A DNA stretch of 37,390 nt from a virus. Below are positions 9,681 through 15,756 of this stretch, piece after piece (position 1 is the stretch's first letter; every line of letters begins with the position of its first letter). Made by a program: the position numbers and the translations under genes. The notes under the pieces are model-generated. The model was not told where the DNA came from and did not search any database. It worked only from the letters and a program-made list of their open reading frames with translations. The stretch spans positions 1 through 37,390 of the IMG/VR virus record IMGVR_UViG_3300045988_171491, one strand, 5' to 3'.

Positions 9681-9802
9681 TACCCCGATATTTCGGGGAG
9701 AAATTTTAGTGTAACCAGAAAACCGGTTTATCCCCACGTGTGTGGGGAGCAGAACCAGATGAAAACGTACAAACGGTTCATCCCCAGTGGCCTGGGGAGC
9801 AT
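9675..9802 (-). CRISPR. cas-less mini-array of type I-E-like CRISPR repeats (2 good + 1 degenerate unit; 21- and 20-nt spacers)
   Basis: Minus-sense 29-mers are ATGCTCCCCAGGCCACTGGGGATGAACCG (9802-9774) and CTGCTCCCCACACACGTGGGGATAAACCG (9752-9724). Each has a 6-bp stem, a tetraloop and an 8-nt tail. The tail ATAAACCG equals the E. coli I-E handle. A degenerate unit lies at 9703-9675. Confidence 0.55.
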
Positions 9803-9806
9803 ATTT

Positions 9807-10766
9807 TTATTCACCTGCCTCTTTCTTTGTGATGCTCATGAGGTTTGGGTATGATGCAAGCTCTACAGTGGTGTACAGGTCTGGTTCCCATTTGTCCCCG
9901 AGCCCTAAAAAGTCCAGGATTTTTTCTTCAGCCCATGTGCTCTGCAAAATATTAGCTGTTGCTGACGCTTCGTCTGCGGTTCCTTCTTCGCCAGATAGGA
10001 ACATGAGCCCAAGCTCTATAGATTTTTCTAGCCCAAGGATTTTAGATATTTCTTCCCAGTCTTCAGGGTCAGTTTCCGATACGGCCACAGCAGAATAGGT
10101 GTAGTTTTCTTCTTCGCCGTAGTAACTGGACATGTCCTGAAGGATCTTGATCCGCTCTGCGGCCGCGAGTTCCTTCACCACTGATTGCTGCTGCTCAGTG
10201 AGCGGGGGAAGCGGTAGCGTCACCTGCAAATCCCACCCTGTTTTATCGTTCACATATTCTAAATACGCGATCATCCGCATGTCCGTTACCATGAGCGGCT
10301 GAGTGAACAGCTCCCGTACCTCTACAGTCTCTAGGTACTGTTTCCAGGTATTCCCGTAGTCCTCTTGCAGCTCTTCAATCTCTTGCAGGGAATAGACTTC
10401 TCGCCGTGGGCAGGTCTCATCACACCCAATGCTTACACTAGGGTCGTCCCACCAGTATGTGTAGAGTGAATCCTCTTCAATAGGCTCAAATGAGTTAGCG
10501 TCTGCCCATTTTGTTTTTGATAAATCCCAGAAATTACGGAACAAAGCCTCATCATTAGTCTTCTCAAGACACGTAATAATGTTGTCTGCGGAGATGGATT
10601 CTACGTCGGTGCTGCCGAAGACTTTTTGGATGGTTTCTTTGGCCCCTAAGATGCGGTAAGTGTTGGTAGTCAATTGGTCTTCTCCTTGCTGCTCATCGGT
10701 GAGGTTTTTAGCGAGGGATTCGATATACCGGCGCTGTGCTTCTGTAGAGTTGTTGTTGCGTGCCAT
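9807..10766 (-). CDS. Acidic protein A1 (319 aa), shared N-terminal module MARNNNSTEAQRRYIESLAKNLTDEQ
   Basis: RBS AAGGAG lies before the ATG. The product is strongly D/E-rich. Its first 26 aa are identical to 11952..12566. The region has lower GC than the structural genes. Confidence 0.8.
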   Translation of the reverse strand: MARNNNSTEAQRRYIESLAKNLTDEQQGEDQLTTNTYRILGAKETIQKVFGSTDVESISADNIITCLEKTNDEALFRNFWDLSKTKWADANSFEPIEEDSLYTYWWDDPSVSIGCDETCPRREVYSLQEIEELQEDYGNTWKQYLETVEVRELFTQPLMVTDMRMIAYLEYVNDKTGWDLQVTLPLPPLTEQQQSVVKELAAAERIKILQDMSSYYGEEENYTYSAVAVSETDPEDWEEISKILGLEKSIELGLMFLSGEEGTADEASATANILQSTWAEEKILDFLGLGDKWEPDLYTTVELASYPNLMSITKKEAGE

Positions 10767-10920
10767 TTTCGGCTCCTTAGATTGTTGCTTCCCGGGCCTG
10801 TTGGCCTTTTGGCAGGTTCAGGGTTTCCGTTCCCTCCCTACTCTTTAAGTATATAATATATATAATTCAGATGCCAACTTAAAACAGGGTTTTTAAAAGG
10901 ATTTTCAGGTGATTTATTTC
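10691..10920 (-). repeat. Promoter-leader-N-terminus repeat, copy 1
   Basis: About 230 bp nearly identical to 12491-12722. Its promoter and leader part is also shared with 13618-13757. Confidence 0.9.
10848..10877 (-). promoter_or_regulatory. Promoter P1 (TTGGCA-N18-TATACT, minus sense)
   Basis: -35 is the complement of 10872-10877 and -10 is the complement of 10848-10853. A conserved ~75-80-nt leader runs to the ATG at 10766. Confidence 0.6.
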
Positions 10921-10950
10921 ATAATCTATGCCGTAAAGTATGGCTATGGG

Positions 10951-11085
10951 TTATTTTTCACTGTACCCGGCACGGCATAACCAATCATCTAGCGAGGGGC
11001 TGGCTGCTGGCAAGTCTTCACGCACTGGGAGCGCAACCACCAGGCGGCTAATAGCATCTGCTGGCGTATATGATTTACTCGACAT
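10951..11085 (-). CDS. Small ORF, 44 aa (MSSKSYTPADAISRLVVALPVREDLPAASPSLDDWLCRAGYSEK), below the track cutoff
   Basis: ATG at 11085 is preceded by AAAGGAAAATATAAA (RBS) and a TATAAT box. Stop is at 10951-10953. Confidence 0.35.
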   Translation of the reverse strand: MSSKSYTPADAISRLVVALPVREDLPAASPSLDDWLCRAGYSEK

Positions 11086-11139
11086 TTTATATTTTCCTTT
11101 GATATTATAATTTTGTGTATCTTTCGGCTATGTTGTTTC

Positions 11140-11208
11140 CCGCACCATTGCGGTGCGGTGCGGCACCCCGTTTCCGACCGGTTTTACCGGGTAGGGGTGC
11201 CGCTTTTT
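11140..11208 (+). terminator. Double hairpin with T5 tract on the + strand (orphan terminator / 3' end of a candidate sRNA)
   Basis: Hairpin A is CCGCACC/GGTGCGG (11140-11158). Hairpin B is GCGGCACCCC...GGGGTGCCGC (11160-11203), followed by TTTTT (11204-11208). Confidence 0.5.
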
Positions 11209-11243
11209 ATGTGCATTTATTCACTGGGTGTTATTTCTACCCG

Positions 11244-11627
11244 CTATTGCTGCCCAAAATGGCTGACTGCTTCTTCGGAATATTCAACATACCCTTTAAC
11301 GTTTTCAACAGTGAGGGGCATGGGCTGGGTGTGAAGCTGATCTGCCTCTGCGTGGTGGCATCCTAGCCCAACGGATTTGAAAGCGCGGAAGGTCTCTTTA
11401 TCTTCTTCGACTAGATATTTAGGTTCCCAGTCGGTAAACCATTCCCAGCCACCACTCGGATTTCCCGCGGGGGTTACGAAATCATGTGCGCGGCGCGTGA
11501 ACTCGATCATCCAGTCACTATGCGCCCAGTCTACGATTTCTTGCAGGGTGCCTGTGAATTCGGCGGTAGTTTTTTCTCCCGAATATTTATTACCTTCAAT
11601 GACTCGGGCGGTGTACTGTTGTTCCAT
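11244..11627 (-). CDS. Hypothetical protein (127 aa, MEQQYTARV...)
   Basis: The internal ATG at 11627 has RBS AAGGATAAGGAA and lies just after the upstream stop (11639). The track start at 11675 would overlap the upstream gene. Confidence 0.6.
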   Translation of the reverse strand: MEQQYTARVIEGNKYSGEKTTAEFTGTLQEIVDWAHSDWMIEFTRRAHDFVTPAGNPSGGWEWFTDWEPKYLVEEDKETFRAFKSVGLGCHHAEADQLHTQPMPLTVENVKGYVEYSEEAVSHFGQQ

Positions 11628-11638
11628 TATGTTGTTCC

Positions 11639-11887
11639 TTATCCTTGGAATTTGCGTGCAAAATTTTTGAGGCATTCATTCATGGTGCGCCCGCTAGAGT
11701 ATGCGCGCTGCCACCTGTCCCACTGGGTAGCCATCATGTCTGCGTATGAGGGGAATAAGGTTGCGAACCATTGCCCTTCGCATGGGGTGGGGCCGCCTTC
11801 GCTGCGTTCCATTGTGCCTACTCGCTCGCCGTCTAACATGTTGTAGTGGTAGCCGCTGCGGACTCGCTTGATTTTGAAGTTTTTCAT
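11639..11887 (-). CDS. Hypothetical protein (82 aa)
   Basis: RBS AAAAAGGAGC lies before the ATG at 11887. It is co-oriented in cassette 2. Confidence 0.6.
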   Translation of the reverse strand: MKNFKIKRVRSGYHYNMLDGERVGTMERSEGGPTPCEGQWFATLFPSYADMMATQWDRWQRAYSSGRTMNECLKNFARKFQG

Positions 11888-11908
11888 TGGGGTGCTCCTT
11901 TTTGGGTG

Positions 11909-11934
11909 CCCCGCCCGCCGGTGGGCGGGGCTTT
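11909..11934. terminator. GC-rich hairpin after the acidic gene A2
   Basis: 8-bp stem CCCCGCCC/GGGCGGGG (11909-11916 / 11923-11930). T-rich flanks occur only in + sense. Confidence 0.4.
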
Positions 11935-11951
11935 GGGTTGAGGGGTTTTAC

Positions 11952-12566
11952 CTACCAGGGCATGTGAATATATACAAGGTCTTCGCGAGTGATACCGAAG
12001 CGATCTAGCAGCTCATTCTCACACCGGGTGTATGGCTCGGATTCGTCCGCACGGTCACCGTTTTTCCCGTCATCGAATGCGGACATATCGTCGAGGTCTT
12101 GGTTTCCGAAGACAAAACCGAGGCTGTCGAAATCACCCAGGTCTTCGGGCCATGAAACTAAAAGTTTGGCGATATAAGTTTGTTCTTCTAGCTCCCACTC
12201 GATCATTGCTTTAGCCCCAGCGTTAAGGTATTCCCTGAGGGTATTTTTTGCGTCTTCATAGCTCACGCCTTCTTCGAAGCGGGCGGTGAAGTCCTGCATT
12301 TGCTGGTTCTCTTCGTCTTCGTGCTCGTCGGTGGCGATGAGAGAATTTACGTATTCCTCATCCCTGAGCAGTTCAATGAGGGTAGAGGCGTATGCCTTGG
12401 TGAGGTGGCTCAGCCGCTGGTTGCGGGTTGCCCGGTGATCATGGGCTTTGTCTGAGGCTGACCCGGTTTTGCGGATTGCCTGGCTAAACTGCTCATCGGT
12501 GAGGTTTTTAGCGAGGGATTCGATGTACCGGCGCTGTGCTTCCGTGGAGTTATTATTGCGTGCCAT
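11952..12566 (-). CDS. Acidic protein A2 (204 aa), same N-terminal module as A1
   Basis: The first 26 aa and about 78 nt are almost identical to 9807..10766. The C-terminal part is unrelated and very D/E-rich. Confidence 0.8.
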   Translation of the reverse strand: MARNNNSTEAQRRYIESLAKNLTDEQFSQAIRKTGSASDKAHDHRATRNQRLSHLTKAYASTLIELLRDEEYVNSLIATDEHEDEENQQMQDFTARFEEGVSYEDAKNTLREYLNAGAKAMIEWELEEQTYIAKLLVSWPEDLGDFDSLGFVFGNQDLDDMSAFDDGKNGDRADESEPYTRCENELLDRFGITREDLVYIHMPW

Positions 12567-12722
12567 TTTAGGGCTTCCTTTCGGTTGTTGTTTCCCGGGC
12601 CGGTTGGCCTTTCGGTAGGTTCGGGGTTTCCGTTCCCTCCCTACCCTTTAAGTATATATTATATATAATTCAGATGCCAACTCAGAACGGGGTTTTTGGG
12701 AGGGTTTTTAGGTGAATTATTT
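12491..12722 (-). repeat. Promoter-leader-N-terminus repeat, copy 2
   Basis: Aligns with 10691-10920 with few mismatches. Confidence 0.9.
12651..12680 (-). promoter_or_regulatory. Promoter P2 (TTGGCA-N18-TATACT)
   Basis: -35 is the complement of 12675-12680 and -10 is the complement of 12651-12656. The hexamers and spacing match P1 and P3. Confidence 0.6.
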
Positions 12723-12920
12723 CACATCTTTAGTGGGGAATGAGTTCCACCAGTCCATGATTTGTTCCCTAGTCCAGCCCCCGGTTTCCCGCTTTTTCCC
12801 CTTGATAATGACGGCGGGCGCGGGTAGCTCATGCTTTTCTTCGCGCTTGTAGATGGTGATTAGCTTCTGCCCTAAAATTTCGGGGAACATTGACTTTGCG
12901 AAGACCTCTTCAGACTGCAT
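12717..12920 (-). CDS. AlpA/excisionase-family HTH protein (67 aa), Aca-like position
   Basis: Start at 12920 follows RBS AAGGAAAAAATA. The pattern ...LITIYKREEKHELPAP...GGWTREQIMDWW parallels 15322..15546 (VQTIYERGRRGGLPP...GGWFPGTIDAW). Confidence 0.55.
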   Translation of the reverse strand: MQSEEVFAKSMFPEILGQKLITIYKREEKHELPAPAVIIKGKKRETGGWTREQIMDWWNSFPTKDVK

Positions 12921-12948
12921 TATTTTTTCCTTTCTTAGTGGGGTGGTG

Positions 12949-12986
12949 CCCGCACCCTTTAGGTGGGTGCGGGCGGGTTTTGGTTT
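12949..12986 (+). terminator. Hairpin with T-tract in + sense inside the leftward island
   Basis: CCCGCACCC (12949-12957) pairs with GGGTGCGGG (12965-12973), followed by CGGGTTTTGGTTT. Confidence 0.45.
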
Positions 12987-12988
12987 AT

Positions 12989-13333
12989 CTATACGCCGTA
13001 GATTTGGCGCATCAGGTAAGCCAGACGGGGTGCGCTGTACCGTGAGCACCATTCCCGCAGCTCTTCCGATTCCCCGTTGCTGCCTACTAGCAGATAGGCG
13101 CTCGTGCCCTGCGGCAGAGGGCTGATATGACCCTCAGCGATTAGGCGGGTGAGCCACCCGGCGCTCAGGTCACTGTATTTAGCGGTACGGTATGCGGCGG
13201 GAATGTCGCCATCTGCATCATTTACATCAGCTGCGTTGTCTGCGGTATCCGCATCATCTGCATCTGCTTCCTTGGCTTCAATGTTCTTGAGGTTGCGTCG
13301 TATGCGCCGCAGGTGCATTCTTCGCCTTCCCAT
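12989..13333 (-). CDS. Protein with acidic D/A-rich N-terminal region and HTH-like C-terminus
   Basis: Contains EAKEADADDADTADNAADVNDADGD, then YSDLSAGWLTRLIAEGHISPLPQG..YLL (excisionase/MerR-like HTH pattern). The start is uncertain, and it overlaps 13222..13620 by ~110 nt. Confidence 0.45.
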   Translation of the reverse strand: MGRRRMHLRRIRRNLKNIEAKEADADDADTADNAADVNDADGDIPAAYRTAKYSDLSAGWLTRLIAEGHISPLPQGTSAYLLVGSNGESEELREWCSRYSAPRLAYLMRQIYGV

Positions 13334-13620
13334 TCACCAAAGCAGCCCTTTGCGTGCTCCACGTAATCTTCGTCCTCTTCCGGCTCAGTGTCGATAGGCA
13401 GGCCGTAGATGTCCTTGCCTACGTAATCTTCGGGGCGGATGATGTGCCCGATAGGGCCTTTGAGGGTGTCAATCATAAGGCTTGCGTCGCCCTTGGTGAG
13501 GGTCTCCATTGAGGTGGCACCGATGTGCTCAAGGACTTTTGCGGTCTGCTCGGCGGTGAGTTCCCAGTCGGCAATGAGCTTGTTGATGTACTTTGTCTGT
13601 GCTGCGGTTGCGAGTGCCAT
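13222..13620 (-). CDS. Protein A3 with related N-terminal module (MALATAAQTKYINKLIADWELTAEQ...)
   Basis: First gene after promoter-leader copy 3. It has the motif AQxxYIxxL...TAEQ...ASLMIDTL and an acidic C-terminal half. Confidence 0.7.
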   Translation of the reverse strand: MALATAAQTKYINKLIADWELTAEQTAKVLEHIGATSMETLTKGDASLMIDTLKGPIGHIIRPEDYVGKDIYGLPIDTEPEEDEDYVEHAKGCFGEWEGEECTCGAYDATSRTLKPRKQMQMMRIPQTTQLM

Positions 13621-13757
13621 TTTAGGGTTTCCTTTCGGTTGTTGTTTCCCGGGCCGGTTGGCCTTTCGGTAGGTTCAGGTTTCCGTCCCCCCCCTACCCT
13701 TTAAGTATATAATATATATAATTCAGATGCCAACTCAGAACGGGGATTTTGGGGAAA
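13618..13757 (-). repeat. Promoter-leader repeat, copy 3
   Basis: The leader and promoter align with copies 1 and 2. The coding part is not homologous at the DNA level. Confidence 0.85.
13704..13733 (-). promoter_or_regulatory. Promoter P3 (TTGGCA-N18-TATACT)
   Basis: -35 is the complement of 13728-13733 and -10 is the complement of 13704-13709. Confidence 0.6.
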
Positions 13758-13765
13758 AATTTTAA

Positions 13766-13794
13766 GTGACCTCCATTACACCCATGAGGTCACT
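13766..13794 (-). terminator. Hairpin terminating the int transcript
   Basis: GTGACCTC (13766-13773) pairs with GAGGTCAC (13787-13794). In minus sense it is followed by TTAAAATTTTT. Confidence 0.45.
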
Positions 13795-14051
13795 GAGGGC
13801 ATGAGACTCAAGGGGTGAAAATCTAGCACACGGACACATTGCGGATACATTGAAAGTGATTTTTCCTCATGTATCCTGATACTTAGACAGGTAAAAACCT
13901 TGAAATTATACGGGAAATTCAGGTGTCCTTATTTATCCTAATATACTTATTTATATTGTCTGCATATACTTTATTCATGTAAAAAACCTTGATATATCAA
14001 GGAACTTGGGGTGAGTATAAAGGAAATACGGACACATTGCGGATACATTGA
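13795..14051. other. Putative attP region (AT-rich, repeat-laden) next to the integrase
   Basis: The 24-bp direct repeat ACGGACACATTGCGGATACATTGA occurs at 13830-13853 and 14028-14051. GTAAAAA(A)CCTTGA motifs occur at ~13889 and ~13978. The core is AT-rich. Confidence 0.45.
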
Positions 14052-15173
14052 TTATCCCCCGAAAACTTCCAGAATCGACCGCGCATCAGGTGCCAAATCA
14101 TTCTGCCGCCAATAGTGCGCACGCAAAACAGCCTCAGTGTTTCCGAGCTGGGCGCTCGCAGCCGCTGCGTTTGTGTTGTTTGCTAACATAGTAGCCACGG
14201 TTGCGCGAATCATGTGCGGATGGACATTCTCAAATTCCGTTCCCTTTAATTTGCTGTTCCAACGTGCGCGGAAGGCATCGGGAGAAAGCAGCCCGTTTGC
14301 TCTTGGTGAGCCTAGAAATATTGGGCCATGCCTATGATCTTTGCATGTCTCAGATGCGTATTTTTCAAGAGCACGCACCGCGAATTCGGGCAGGTAAAGG
14401 GATATATTTTTGCCGGATTTGCGGTGTTCTTGCCGCTTTGTGTATTTTCCGACGCCGATAATTGTCCCGCTTAGATGGACGATTACCCCGGCCGGGGTTT
14501 GTTCTATATCTTCCCACCGTATAGCGAGGATTTCCCCGATGCGCCCACCTGTGGCGAGCATAAGCTCAAATGCTAAAGCGTTATCCCCCGTAAGTATTAA
14601 GCGCATTCGCTCAATTTCATCAATTGATAATATTTTTATCTCTTTTTTAGGGGCGCTAGGATTTTTTATGCTATCTACAGGGTTGCGTGCTATCGCATCA
14701 TAGCGTTCAGCGGTTGCAAATATCATTTTCAGTATCATTCGAGCACGGATAGCGGCAGATACACTACGTTCTGCTGATAGTCGCTTAATGAATAGAGTTA
14801 ATACTCCGGTGGTGCATTCTATTATTTGAAGTTGTCCAATTATCGGTATGATTGTTTTTTCTACACTGTATTTGTAAGAGATGATTGTGTTATATGGGCG
14901 CGGTTTTTCTGAGTTCCATTCTTCCCACCACAGTTCAGCAGCTTTTTCTAGCGTTGAGTGTGGTGTGAGGGTTTTTCCTGCTGTTTGGGTGATTTGAGCC
15001 GCGTACTCCCGCAAAGCGCGTTCCGCGCCTGCTTTGGTGCGGTGCGTGCGCTGCAGCTTACGCCGCCGCCCGTCCATTCCCCGGTAGTAGGTGATTGCGC
15101 ACCATGTGCCCGCAGCGGTTTTGGAGATGAATATTTTGCCGTGTGTGCCTAGCGGCGTGCGTGCCCTACCCAT
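14052..15173 (-). CDS. int: Tyrosine integrase
   Basis: Catalytic signature: ATGGRIGE (Arg), HMIRATVAT (H-x-x-R), LGNTEAVLRAHY (Tyr). 373 aa. Confidence 0.9.
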   Translation of the reverse strand: MGRARTPLGTHGKIFISKTAAGTWCAITYYRGMDGRRRKLQRTHRTKAGAERALREYAAQITQTAGKTLTPHSTLEKAAELWWEEWNSEKPRPYNTIISYKYSVEKTIIPIIGQLQIIECTTGVLTLFIKRLSAERSVSAAIRARMILKMIFATAERYDAIARNPVDSIKNPSAPKKEIKILSIDEIERMRLILTGDNALAFELMLATGGRIGEILAIRWEDIEQTPAGVIVHLSGTIIGVGKYTKRQEHRKSGKNISLYLPEFAVRALEKYASETCKDHRHGPIFLGSPRANGLLSPDAFRARWNSKLKGTEFENVHPHMIRATVATMLANNTNAAAASAQLGNTEAVLRAHYWRQNDLAPDARSILEVFGG

Positions 15174-15268
15174 GAATGACCGCCCACAATGCCGATAATA
15201 TGCTGTCTATGCTATGTTGGATCATGCGCAAACCTTTTAAAACTGGGAACTTTTATTTGGTAACGTCC

Positions 15269-15314
15269 CCGGCGGGGCACACGGTTAATCGTACAGTGTG
15301 CCCCGCCGGTTTTT
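15269..15314 (+). terminator. Strong hairpin with T5 (+ sense) between the xis-like gene and int
   Basis: 14-bp stem CCGGCGGGGCACAC/GTGTGCCCCGCCGG (15269-15282 / 15296-15309), then TTTTT. Confidence 0.6.
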
Positions 15315-15321
15315 CACACAT

Positions 15322-15546
15322 TTAGGATTCTGATGTGTGAGACGCTTTCTTTCGCTTGTATACCCTCATTTCCTTATCCCAGGCGTCTATGGTGCCTGGG
15401 AACCAGCCCCCGCCCCCGGTTGGGGTTTTCAGATCGTAGGGTGGGAGCCCGCCGCGCCTTCCTCTTTCATAGATGGTCTGGACATGTCTTCCCAGATAGG
15501 ACGCAATGTCAAATTGTGTAATCAGGATGAGTGGCTTCTCGGGCAT
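15322..15546 (-). CDS. Excisionase/AlpA-family HTH protein
   Basis: 74 aa with QFDIASYLGRHVQTIYERGRRGGLPP...WFPGTIDAW. It lies upstream of int in the same orientation. Confidence 0.6.
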   Translation of the reverse strand: MPEKPLILITQFDIASYLGRHVQTIYERGRRGGLPPYDLKTPTGGGGWFPGTIDAWDKEMRVYKRKKASHTSES

Positions 15547-15562
15547 TTCAGGTTCCTTTTCT

Positions 15563-15748
15563 CTATTTTTCTGCGCGCTTATTTTCCCGCTTGCAGATAG
15601 CTAAGGCTTTCACAGAGAACGCCATTGAGAAGCCAGCGCACGCGAAAGACAGGCTGTCCAGAGCCCGGATAATGATGGTGTCGCTGGTAACCCATGAGGC
15701 GATTAGAACAACGGCTGCCACCGCCGCCAAAACTATAGCAATTTTCAT
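15563..15748 (-). CDS. Small two-TM membrane protein (61 aa)
   Basis: Hydrophobic segments IAIVLAAVAAVVLIASWV and FACAGFSMAFSVKALAI. It sits inside the lysogeny operon. Confidence 0.5.
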   Translation of the reverse strand: MKIAIVLAAVAAVVLIASWVTSDTIIIRALDSLSFACAGFSMAFSVKALAICKRENKRAEK

Positions 15749-15756
15749 TATTTTCC

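Noticed and set aside
9681-9703. The CCCCGA/TCGGGG hairpin as just a second terminator stem rather than a degenerate CRISPR repeat
   Set aside because: This is not fully rejected. It is kept as the degenerate third unit because stem and loop geometry and the ~50-nt phasing match the two good repeats. However, it overlaps the terminator T-run, and the alternative remains possible.
10843-10880. AT-rich TATATAATATATATAA palindromic tracts (three copies) considered as IS or transposon inverted repeats
   Set aside because: There is no transposase and no flanking target duplications. The position and hexamer spacing fit promoters upstream of each cassette.
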